DNA from: Octopus sinensis
Taxonomy: Eukaryota
DNA length: 64,000 nt
Direction of reading: 5' to 3'
Assembly (NCBI RefSeq): GCF_006345805.1
Contig: NC_043002.1
Location: 106,268,001 to 106,332,000 of the forward strand
Below, piece by piece: positions 53,618 through 64,000 of the stretch. The notes beneath the pieces were generated by a model. It saw nothing but the letters and a program-made list of their open reading frames with translations. It was not told the DNA's origin and searched no databases. Made by a program: the position numbers and the translations under genes. The stretch's first letter is position 1. Each line of letters begins with the position of its first letter.

Positions 53618-54173
53618 ACACTGCTAAACATTCCCCTCTTCCTCATCACAATTAGCCTGCATCTACACGAAACATAGCCCTTTCGTATACTTACTGCTGA
53701 CGATAAAGATGCGTTTTATATATGTATTTATGTATGTTATGGATGCATGTCATCATTCAGTTTTATTTTAAGATTTCTTATCAATAGGAGAGAGTCGGTT
53801 TCTAATCTAGATCCAAGGTTCCTTTGTTGGAATTTCAACATCAACAGGGGAATTTTTGCATATATGTGTACATGTGTGCAGTATTTGGATGCACACATAT
53901 GTACATGCAGATTTGTATGTTTTGTTTTATATGCGTATTCTGATGCATATAACTGCATGTCTACACATGCGCAAAATACTTAAATGCTAAACATCTGGAA
54001 AGTTTTACAAATTTTGACAGTTCCAGTGATGGGTTCGACTTGTCGTCTTCGAATCAGCTTTCTCCTTTCTGGTTTTAAGAATCCTAATTTCTCAAGATTG
54101 GTACTCAGTTTGTTACATATTCCAGTGCCCCAATAATTACAGGTATTAACCTAAACTTGTAATCCAGGCAATG

Positions 54174-54207
54174 TACGAGGGTGAGTCAAAAAGTAATGCC
54201 ATTTTGC
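54174..54207 (+). mobile_element. Solo mariner TIR fragment
   Basis: TA+CGAGGGTGAGTCAAAAAGTAATGCC, a mariner-type end, abutting an RTE RT fragment. Confidence 0.55.
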
Positions 54208-54330
54208 ATAGGACAATAAAGACTTGATATAAGTCCATATCCTGTTCGATGCACTTCTCTTGTAACTGTCCAGCTGAAAATATCTTATCCATAGTACTTC
54301 TATCACCTCTAAACGCACATTGTGATTCAT
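54208..54330 (-). mobile_element. RTE RT fragment
   Basis: ESQCAFRGDRSTMDKIFSAGQLQEKCIEQDMDLYQVF, matching the RTE ESQCGFR...RQLQEKCREQ motif. Confidence 0.8.
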
Positions 54331-55542
54331 GCATCCACACATTATATGTTTGTGTATAGCTTTGTCTCTGTAACTTTGTGGTTTTCTGTGTGTATGCATG
54401 CGTGTGTGCATTATTAACGCTCACTAATTCCATCTTTCTAAAATCCTCCCCCACCAACTGTTTCTCCACTCACACGACTTACCAGATAAATATCAGTCTT
54501 TCAGACCAACGCAACTAGTCACCCCCCACCCCGCCCCATACCACACGCACTCCCAATAAAAATCATTTCACTCACCACTCGCTGACCGCAACGACCTTCA
54601 AATGAAAAGCATATTCGTTAAACTTTAATTCGACCACACCTTAAATTCCATCTCTTATAACAAATTTTTCCTTATCTTTAAGCTACTATTCTTAGACACC
54701 AACCAAATTTCCATCATCAATATCTTTATAAGTTTTTGATGAAAATTTTTGTTGCCCTAAAATGAGTAAACCAAAAAAAATGGGCTTCCGTTGATTTCCA
54801 CAATAAACATCCCGTTGTTCAATCAATTGAACTCCCAGCAGTGTAAAAGTGGTTGAGTATTCACAGGCATGTGCACTCTTAACGTTAAATTCAAATAGAA
54901 TCAGCGCCACAATGTATGGAAAGGTTGGAGCATCGTATTACACACACAATTCATCCGTAGGCTTCCGAACAGTTTCCGTCATCCCAAATTCTCTCATATG
55001 GTTTAGGTCGATCGGAGACTATGGTAAATAATGCTAGATAAAAATGTCAAACATTGGGATCGAACCAGGGACCTGACAACTGCAAAGCGAATTTCGTCCA
55101 TGCTGCGTCCATACCAAACTAATTCATACCCAACATATAAAAATACACCACCAAGGTAAAAACTGAAAACAGAACAACCCCTCCCCCCCCCGGCAGACAT
55201 CATTCACTCCAAACCAGACACAACTTGATTGTTTCAACCGTTTCACGTCCACTTCTCATTCGTTCCACCAATCTGGGGATTCGTGATCCGAAACAAAATC
55301 TTTGGTCACTTTGAGCACCATTTCAATCCCACAATAAATACTTCTCTTTGTCACAGAAAGTTGGGCACAGCACAGACTAGTTGCCCATATGCACGCACGC
55401 TTAAACACACACACGCACATACACACATACATACATACATACATACATACATACATACATACATACATACATACATACATACATACATACATTATGGCTG
55501 CGCCCTCGTTATCGAGTATGGCCATTGCAAGAAGCTTAACTG

Positions 55543-55830
55543 TTACTGGTACTGTGATCGAATGTGACTTTTTAGCCCAGCTAAAGATCTACAATGTCTT
55601 GTACAAAATTGGGAACTAAAACATTTACTGGTAATAACCGGCTGTAGTTGTAACTGGGCTTCATGTACCTTTGCATGTCGTTTAAGTCCTCCTGCCGAAT
55701 TACACTCTCTTCCACATGCCCGACAGATATGATTAGTATGGTGTGTTACACCACCACCAGTGGCCAGGTTGTCACTCATCTGTCTCGTTTTATGACTACG
55801 AAGATGACTCATGAGTCCAGCTTTACTGAG
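55543..55830 (-). mobile_element. Tandem C2H2-like zinc fingers, probably a LINE (RTE-type) ORF C-terminus
   Basis: SHLRSH, CRACGRECNSAGGLKRHAKVH and FCTRHCRSLAGLKSHIRS; no TGEKP linkers. Confidence 0.5.
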
Positions 55831-55843
55831 GCAGGGTCATACA

Positions 55844-55877
<34 letters not shown>

Positions 55878-55959
55878 CATACATACATACATACATACAT
55901 ACATACATACATACATACATACATACATACACACACACACTTCGTTATTGTAAAAATTA

Positions 55960-57950
55960 CATGAACGGAGAATGATAAACCGTAAGTTTACCCGAAACTC
56001 ACTAGCTGTAAATCACAGTATGAAAGGCGATACCAACAAGGCAGTAAATGCTCCTCCCCAAGAAGACCTAGAGTCATTCTGCCGAGGAATCCGGAATGTA
56101 AACAAACAACCGCGATGCAGCATGATTAAACGACCTACCAAGTGAATACTGTGTAAACGCTTTTCCCAAAACATACAGCATCACCAATGAAACACTCCCG
56201 ACACGGTTATTATGAAAATGCCGAATGGAAAAATCACTTCAAAATGACCTGATAGTAGGCTACTGGTATAAAAAGCTCACGCTTTACAGAGAAATTCTTA
56301 CGAACCTATTTCAATAACAACAATGGACCCTGAGCGGATTAGCTGACGGTTGCACGGACCACTCTTATTCCCAAGAACAAAGAGACCCATGTTGCCAAAA
56401 ACCTACAGGCCCATAGCATGCTTGAATGTTATGTACAAGTTGTACACTATAAACGATAAACGTCGCCCTTTTCAAGCCTAGCCAGGCTCATGGGCCCGGT
56501 TTCCCGGTTTCTGTGGCGTATGTGTTCCCCCCAGCTGGACGGGACGCCAGTCCATCGCAGCGTTACTCAAGAAACAGGAAGAAAGAGTGAGAGAAAGTTG
56601 TGGCGAAAGAGTACAACAGGGGTCGCCACCACCCTCTGCCGGAGCCTCGTGGAGCTTTTTTTTTAGGTGTTTTCGCTCAATAAACACACACAACGCTCGG
56701 TATGGGAATCGAAACCACGATCCTACGACCGCGAGTCCGCTGCCCTAACCACTGGGCCATTGCGCCTCCACACAAGTTGTACACAGGCTATCTGAATATA
56801 TTTCTCCAAGACCACAGCCAAACAAATGGGGTGATAACTGATGAACAGGTAGAAGGAAAGAAAGAACAGCTCCTCCACAACAAAGCTCTCTTTAAGGGAG
56901 CCAAGCAACATCGCCGTAATCTCTTAAAGGTATTGCTCGACTACAAGAAGGCGTTCGACTCTCTGCGTCACTCATCACTGACAACTACTAAAACAACACT
57001 TAACAGAATTAAGCTATCAACAGGCATATTCCAGGGGGATAGTTTATCTGTAATGCTGTTTGTACTGGCAGCGAATCCCTTGTCAGCCCTATTAACAAAA
57101 TGCCAAGGTTACATGCTACGATATGCAGAAAAGAATAAAATTAATGTCACTCACACATTTTTTGTTGATAACCCAAATTTTTATTCTGGTAATATGACCA
57201 ACATCAAGAGACAGTTAGAACTAGTCACAACCTTCTCACACAAGATATAGGAATGGAGTTTGGGTAAGATAAATGCTCCTACAAGATAGTTAACCGAGGA
57301 AGGATTGTGGGCCAGACAGAGAACATGTACATCAATGACTTCACTATCTCCGCTATCTCTAAGATGAAAGCTACAACTACCCCGAAATCTATGAGAATGT
57401 AGCATACACCGGTGCTGGGACCAAAGCCAGAATAACAAAAGAGTTCTTCTGTAGACTCTGGAAAATATGGAACTCTGCATTTAACAAGACCATGTCTCAC
57501 AGTTTTTGTAGTACCAGTGCTAGTATAAACATTTGGGATATTGGACTGGACACTCGATGAGCTATGCAACCTGGTCATCAAAATCAGAAAGGTACTGACC
57601 ACAACTGGCGACCTCTACATTTATGATTTATATGAGACGAAGTGATGGTGGTAGAGGCATAAGGTCAGCCTAAACACCTTTTGAACGTCGCATTGTATCA
57701 CTCAGACAACACCTGCTGAACAGTAAAGAAAGAAACGAGAACATTCCATGCATTTACAAAAATGAGAGCAACAATATCATCAGAGTTGGAGAAGAGCTAC
57801 TGTGCAGGTACTCTCAGAAAACACCTGTCTCATGCGATCCAAAGGAGGCTGGACTGGCCTACCTAAACAGAAGCTTGGAGGAAAAGCAGACATCGAACTA
57901 GCAAAAAAAAAAGATGCAACGTATGGTTAATATTCCGTAAGCTAGAAGGC
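55960..57950 (+). mobile_element. Degenerate R4/NeSL-like LINE RT region interrupted by a SINE
   Basis: NYRPIACLNVMYKLYTG, LDYKKAFDS and GIFQGDSLSVMLFVLA motifs with many stops and frameshifts. Confidence 0.8.
56448..56771 (-). mobile_element. tRNA-derived SINE, head H1 + tail T2, 13-bp TSD
   Basis: TSD ACAAGTTGTACAC at 56435-56447 and 56772-56784; tail contains gctgcgatggactggcgtcccgtccag. Confidence 0.9.
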
Positions 57951-58499
57951 AACAGCAGCATTGACAGGAAGAATGGCTTCTGGATCTGCGATAGATACAT
58001 TACATCCAAACTAGAAGATGAGGTAATTTCTTGTGGTAGACTAGCGTTTTTTCCTGGTGCTGAGATTTATCTCTCATCCATTTCACTTTGCAGAAATGAT
58101 CACTAATATTACGGATCTCGCAAAGTTGCACAAAATCGTTAACGGAATTTAGTCATCGTTCTTATTTCATATCCAGCCGTAGACCGACTTCACTTTTCAT
58201 ACTCCTGGGGCCAATTAAATAAGAACCAGTCAACAACTAAGTCGAGCACTCTCTCTATTATAAACTGTTGTTGGTATTATTAGTGATGGGTGATGGCACA
58301 ATTAGAAAGCATCGGAGGTGTTATAACCGAATGTATTCTTTCAAGATATTTGGCTGAAAGAGATGAACAAGGAGAAAAATGTCTTGTAGTATTTATTTAC
58401 AGATCTTTACATTTGAATTCCACTCATACAGAAATCAAATTCGCTTTTGGAATTGATGAAATAAATATCAACAAGCTCTGCGGTCAATAAGACCGTCTG

Positions 58500-59120
58500 T
58501 ACCCACTCTTTACAATGTGTGACCCCCGTACCTTCTGCATGCGCCCGTGCAGTGTACGAGTATTGCTGACTTGTGGAGTTATGTCGAACAGCTGTTATCG
58601 CATGTGGGACGAATCCACAATCGGTCTGAACCTATCGCTGGGATTGCCCCACCGCCCACCTTTAGCAATGCCGGGCAGGCGGTGTCCCTCTGTCTTGTGG
58701 ATGAGGATGAAAGAATTGAGAATACCTTCCTCTTCGGCCAAGCTTTCATCGATTGTTTAAAATTCCACTTGGAAAAGAAAGCCAGGGTGGAGAGGGAAGT
58801 GCTAGCTCACCCCCTAGTGACGTGAAAAGATGGGTGATTGCGGCAAAAATGGTTAGAGGGAATGGCTCCACTCTAAGAGCAACCGTTGGTAATCTCGGGT
58901 CTGTAGGGTTCCTGATGGGCCCTAACTAGAGTTTCCCCTGTATCAGGAGGAGACTGCATCAGTCTTCTAATCACATACTTTCTAAACTACGTATACTTTT
59001 ATCGCATTTCACTGTCTTTTCTATTTCTTTCTTCTCATCCTCCATGTCAACCCCCACACAAATTGCTGTCCGTCCTCGTGATGTCCCCTTCAGCTATGCC
59101 CCTGTGGCTAATAAAGGAAA
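58500..59120 (+). mobile_element. Tx1/L1-like LINE 3' end remnant
   Basis: QCTSIADLWSYVEQLL...FHLEKKARVEREVL, then a 3' UTR ending ...ctaataaaggaaatc. A similar tail occurs at 63370-63670. Confidence 0.55.
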
Positions 59121-59319
59121 TCATAATTGTTATTATATTTTGGCTTTGCTTTGATTTATAAAAGTTACACCCAATTTTCAACCAGAGACGTAAAGGGACA
59201 ACAAGATTTTGCTTCTAAAGATGGTAACTGATGAGATGCCGTGCAATGGAAAAAAATGTGTGTGCAAAAAAACAAAACAAAACAAAAAAAGTAATCACAC
59301 ACAGAATGAGTAAGATTAC

Positions 59320-60050
59320 ATTTCCATGGAGAGGAATTTAGCAAAATATGTGAGGAACTCATAAGTAGGATCTTTTGCAGTTCACTTATTTTGGGGCTGC
59401 CAAGAATTTGGTCTACATATTTGTTTGCTCCTCTTGATGTCATTTGAAGTGCCCCAATAATAATAGGTAATGTTGTTGCTTTGAGATGTCACATTCTTCT
59501 GATTTCAATCTCCAGGTTCTTACATTTGCTCAATTTCTCAAATGTTTTCAGAGATGGAGCAGCAACATCAATCAGAAGATAAATCTTTTCAACCTTTTTC
59601 ACAACGGTAGCTGGTCGGTTAGCCTGTGTTTCTCGATCAGCTTCAACACTGAAATACCAAAGGATACTAACTTCAGCATTCTGCACAAGTTTTGCAGTTT
59701 TTGTTCCCATCAATTATCTTCGTGAGAGAGGTCGCATGTGCGATATATTGGCCAGTGTATGTATTGAGCTGCCCTGCCATGTCTTTGCAAGCACTCTGTT
59801 GGTGCCAGTTGGCCGCATTTGGAGATCTCATAGTCGAATGTCTCTGGATGTTCTACGCATTGGCGGCACATTCATGTTTCATAACATTACTCTGATAATT
59901 CTTCGTTGGAAGGGGCTGATCCTAAGCAGCAATGATTTACCCCTTCAGTTTCTGGTTTGAGACCAGAGCATGTCAGCCACTGATGGATAAAAATTTGGTC
60001 CCTGACTCTATTCAAGTATTTACCATTCAGTGGTTTTTGCTCCCATTTCT
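59320..60050 (-). mobile_element. RLE LINE 3' fragment
   Basis: IYLLIDVAAPS...EKLSKCKNLEIEIRRM and IIIGAL...ISELQKILLMSSSHIL, the RLE C-terminal pattern. Confidence 0.7.
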
Positions 60051-60176
60051 TCTTAGTGAACTGGATTCTGGTTTGTTTGGCTATATTTTTTTTATTCGTT
60101 TTATTTTGTCATTTGGGAACATATTATTATCATTATTATTATTATTATTATTTTCATCGTCATCATCATCAGCAAA

Positions 60177-60530
60177 AGGCGGTGAGCTGGCAGAATCGTT
60201 AGCACGCCAGGCGAAATGCGTAGCGGTATTTCGTCTGCCGCTACGTTCTGAGTTCAAATTCCGCCGAGGTCGACTTTGCCTTTCATCCTTTCGGGGTCGA
60301 TTAAATAAGTACCAGTTACGCACTGGGGTCGATATAATCGACTTAATCCATTTGTCTGTCCTTCTTTGTCCTGTGTGTGTTTAGCCCCTTGTGAGTAGTA
60401 AAGAAGTAGGTATTTCGTCTGCCGATACGTTCTGAGTTCAAATTCAGCCGAGTTTGACTTTGCCTTTCATCCTTTCAGGGTCAATGAATTAAGTACCAGT
60501 GAAACATTAGGGGTCGATGAAATTGACTTA
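60177..60530 (+). mobile_element. SINE family A dimer (further copies: 15800-16240, 20085-20295, 27950-28375, 28680-28860, 30095-30570, 33461-33635, 39570-39660, 63227-63305)
   Basis: Shared head, B-box-like gagttcaaattcc and core; most copies abut (TTA)n/(CAT)n tracts. Confidence 0.88.
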
Positions 60531-60609
60531 TCTCCTCCCCCAAATTGCTGCCCCTGTAGCAAAATTTGAAATTATTATTATTATAATTATTATTATTATT
60601 ATTCTTTTT

Positions 60610-63190
60610 TTTTTTCGTATCACTGTAGATAAAAATGGACCGGAGTTTTAGTCATCTATCACAACAAGGACTTCAGACAGATAATATTTTCCTTAAGATG
60701 TGCGCTGTGCCCAATAAGGTTGCTTTTTGCAAGACATCAATCTTGCATAGGATTTCCAGTTGCCTTAAGAAGTCTTGAAGTTTCAATGGGATTGAGCCCA
60801 AAGCCCAGATCACCACTGGTATCACCTTTACATTACCCTCTGGTATTCCATACAGTCTTGCCATTTCCAGTTTCAATTCGGAGTACTTGGTAATTTTTTC
60901 AACCTCTTTACTCACCACATTCATGTCATTTGGTATGGCTACATCAATGATCTGACAGTATTTGTCTCGTTTATTCAATATGACAATATCCGGCCGACGG
61001 TGTTCGATTACACGATCCGTTTGAAAATTATAGTCCCAGAGTATCGTTACTTTTCCATCCTCCTACATAACTTTACTTGGTACATGCTCATACCAGTTCT
61101 CTGTTACGTCATATTGGTATTTATGGTATAAGAGCCAATGAAGATACACACGCTCTTTATCGTGGCGGCGCTTGTATTCTTTTTGTGCAAGGCTCTCACA
61201 TCCACTTACCAAATGGCTCACATTTTCCTCACTCTTTCCACAGAGTCTGCATTTCTTGGTGTCAGAAGTTTTACAGATGTTATACTTCACTGGCTTGGTA
61301 GCGAGAGCCTGGTCTTGTGCAGTAATGCCCAGGCTTTCGGTGATACGCTTCAAATCACCTCGCTCAAGCCATACCTACGATGCTGTATTATCTTTAACGT
61401 CTTGTGTATTCCTTTCAAACTGTCCATGCATTCTCATTTCAAGCTCTTCTTTTCTCCTCTCCTCTGCTCTTTGGTTAAACTCCTCCTTGCCCGTCATTTC
61501 ATCTGCATTTACACCCATATCTTTCGCGGCATATTGCGGCAGGTCTTCATCACTATTTATCACATACTCGGTAAGCGTTCTCCTTTCACTCCTTATACAA
61601 TGGTCTATACTAATTAGTCCTCTGCCACTATTCTATGGGATACCAGACAAAATCATTTCTGCCATTAAGGTCCTCTACACAGATACGTCTTCAACCATCT
61701 TAACCCCTGACGGAGAAACATCATCTTTCTCAATCAAAGCCGGAATACTGCAGGGAGACACACTCGCCCCATTTCTTTTCATCATTGTTGTTGATTATGT
61801 GCTACGTATGTCAGTTGATACCATTTCTGGCAAGGGCTTTGAAATAAAACCAAGAAGAAGTTCCAGACACCCAGCTGAGTACTTGACAGACACTGACTTT
61901 GCTGACGACATCGCTCTTATCAGTGATTCTCTCTCCAATGCCCAGTCTCTTTTACAATCTCTTGAACAAGCCTCAAATTGTGTAGGTCTTTACCTCAATG
62001 AGGCCAAAACTGAATACATAAACAAGTGCCTGTCCAACAGTGATTGCATCATCCATACTCTCAACAATGCGCCCTTAAATATGGTTTCTGATTACAAATA
62101 TCTTGGGTCATACATATCATCATCTGGAAAATACTTTCTAACTAGAAAGGGTATGACCTGGTCAGCCTGTAATGACATGCATAAGATCTGGTCATCAAAT
62201 CTAAGTAGAGATTTCAAACTTGAAATCTTCAAAGCCACAGTCGAACCAATTCTACTATATGGCTCAGAAACCTGGACGTTATCAAAGAAGCTTGAGAGGC
62301 GGTTGGATGGAACCTACACTCGCCTCCTTATGAGAGCTCAAAATCTCTCGTGGAAGCGCCATCCAACCAAAATGCAAATACATGGGAAACTACCACCTGT
62401 GTCATCTCTTGTGAAAGTTAGGAGAGTCCAGTTTGCTGGACATTGTTGTAGAGCTGAAAAAGAAGTAATTTCTACTCTTCTCCTCTGGAAGCCATCTACT
62501 CGCAATACCAGAGGGCGCACACTCTCCTACCCTGATGTAATCTCCAGGGATACAGGCATCCAGCAACAGGACTTCCGTAATGCCATGATGGACCGTGAAG
62601 TCTGGCGTAGCATGGTAAATTCCATTGTCTCGACCACGGTCGGACAATGATGATGATGATGATGCCACTATTCTTTCTTTTCATATACAATTTGTTCACG
62701 TTTGCTTTCGGGTGTAGCACTTCATGCAGCGCCATCAACTTTCTCGTCCTTCTATCCAGTGTTGATATTTCCTCCTTAGTCCATTTGAGGATGGACGCAC
62801 TATATCTGACCACCACCACTGCCCAGATATTCATAGTGGTAATCAAATTTTTGGCATTCAGGTTGCCTCACTGACTTTAACTTTCATTTCTCTGTGTAGA
62901 ATGTCATCCATCTCCAATATCCCTAAATATCTATACCCACTAGCATCAGGTTCACCCATGGTCTCTCCTGATGGTAACCGCAATCCTCTGCAGGCTGCTT
63001 TCTTCCCTCTTTTAATATTAAAAACTGAGCATTTCGTAATCCCATATTCCATCCCGATATCCCTACCACACTTCTGAACTGTTTTAGTTAAGAAATCTAT
63101 CTGTTTTTCAGATTTCCCAGACAATTTCAGGTCATCCATAAACAGAAGATGGTTCATTGATGTGCCTTTCTTTCCACATCGGTAACCCAT
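60610..63190 (-). mobile_element. R4/Dong-like RLE LINE 3' part, split by the RTE insertion
   Basis: LFMDDLKL RT motif, LYMKRKNSG|RGLIS rejoined across the TSD, CCHC knuckle CRLCGKSEENVSHLVSGC, RLE RRPDIV...IIDVAIPND and LQKATLLGTAHILRK. Frame breaks present; (TAA)n at both ends. Confidence 0.9.
61635..62662 (+). mobile_element. 5'-truncated RTE-type LINE with uninterrupted RT ORF, (TGA)n tail and 12-bp TSD
   Basis: TSD TGCCACTATTCT at 61623-61634 and 62663-62674. ORF contains GILQGDTLAPFLF, DFADDIAL, YKYLGSYI and LLYGSETW; the stop is the first TGA of the tail. Confidence 0.92.
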
Positions 63191-63191
63191 C

Positions 63192-63225
<34 letters not shown>

Positions 63226-63709
63226 TGCGGCGAGCCGGCAGAACCGTTAGCACGCCGGGCAAAATGCTTAGCAGCTTTTCGTCCGCCTTCACATCCTGAG
63301 TTCAAATATTATTATTATTATTATATTATTATTATTATTGGATTTACTCTGGGCATGCTTTTCTAAGAGGAATGAAACTGGAAGATGGCACTTCCGGATC
63401 TTTGTGGACAGCAAAGTAATCCAGGCCTTTTGCGTGAGTTTCACCCCAAATTACCTCAAGTGAACTGCTCCACTATTGGAGATTTTATTTATTTATTTAT
63501 TTATTTCTCTAACTTCTATTTATATATCCTTTTGTTATACCCTTTAATGTTGTAGTGTCTCCTTCTGATCAATGTAAGCCCCACATGTTTTGTGTGCTGT
63601 ATCTCCTCCTTTAATATTGTCCTCTATGTCTTGGGCCCTTGTGGCCAATAAAAGAAATTGTTCTTGCTGTCGTTGTTGCTGCTTCTGCTGCTATTATGCT
63701 AAGACGAAT

Positions 63710-64000
63710 CTAGCTAGCGACCGACTTAATCGTGAAGATTGCCTCGCGCCTTCCGTTGGTTGAGAGCGGCAAACAGATTTTTCTCCTTGAAAGAGGTTGT
63801 GTGGTGAATGCGAGTGAAAGGACTGAAGACAGACTCTTTTTCGTCCAAGCCCTCTTGGACAGGTAAGTGAGGATAGGGGGTTGGGTGCTGTTCCCCATTA
63901 AATTTGTAAAAGTTGAGTGAAGATAGCGGAAGGACCTTAATGTAATCATACGCTTCCGGGCTTTCAGAAGTACGACGGAGAGGGGAGCACTTTCCATGGC
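63710..64000 (-). mobile_element. Decayed Tx1/L1-like RT fragment
   Basis: GC-richer coding-like segment with a frameshifted RQGCPLSP-like motif at the window edge. Confidence 0.35.

Larger units (their letters stand above)
51535..53743 (-). mobile_element. Non-autonomous Helitron carrying a nested SINE, a CR1 fragment and internal tandem repeats
   Basis: 5' A|TCCATAACATAC at 53743; hairpin CCGTCC-aaa-GGACGG (51548-51562) 9 nt before CTAG|T at 51535; internal ttcaaccgattttcaccaaacttt motif like that of non-autonomous Helitrons. Confidence 0.75.

Noticed and set aside
54576-54595. Candidate 20-nt micro-exon (tttgaag|GTCGTTGCGGTCAGCGAGTG|gtgagt)
   Set aside because: Good splice signals but too short to assign, with no in-phase partner exons found.
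61172-61634. N-terminal 150 aa of the 492-aa ORF as part of one protein
   Set aside because: It is the antisense of the R4-like LINE, fortuitously open and in frame; the real RTE sequence starts after the TSD at 61635.

Overview
AT-rich, repeat-saturated animal genomic DNA. The microsatellite density and the tRNA-derived SINE families point to an octopus-type cephalopod (inference). Nearly all supplied ORFs are microsatellite read-through. The one host gene I can reconstruct is the 3' part of a SMOC-family gene (SPARC-related modular Ca-binding protein) on the minus strand. It has five in-frame GT-AG exons (44431-44661, 40928-41021, 36458-36548, 33800-33956, 32573-32649) encoding a thyroglobulin type-1 domain, a two-EF-hand EC domain and the stop; its 5' exons were not found. 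The rest is transposon material: several SINE families, R4/Dong-like RLE LINEs, RTE, CR1 and Tx1/L1 fragments, a Penelope GIY-YIG remnant, a dead mariner, two Helitrons and MITEs. The most notable unexplained signal is a set of seven minimal type-I hammerhead-ribozyme (HHR)-like motifs between 20.8 and 51.2 kb. The best one (49194-49252, minus) has intact CUGAUGA/GAAA/GUC core motifs and lies in a non-coding 1.5-mer of a 355-nt unit, which is a retrozyme/circRNA-like architecture, in sense orientation within the inferred SMOC transcription unit. Two more sit in the arms of a 580-bp palindrome made of back-to-back tRNA-like heads. All alignments and folds were done by eye.
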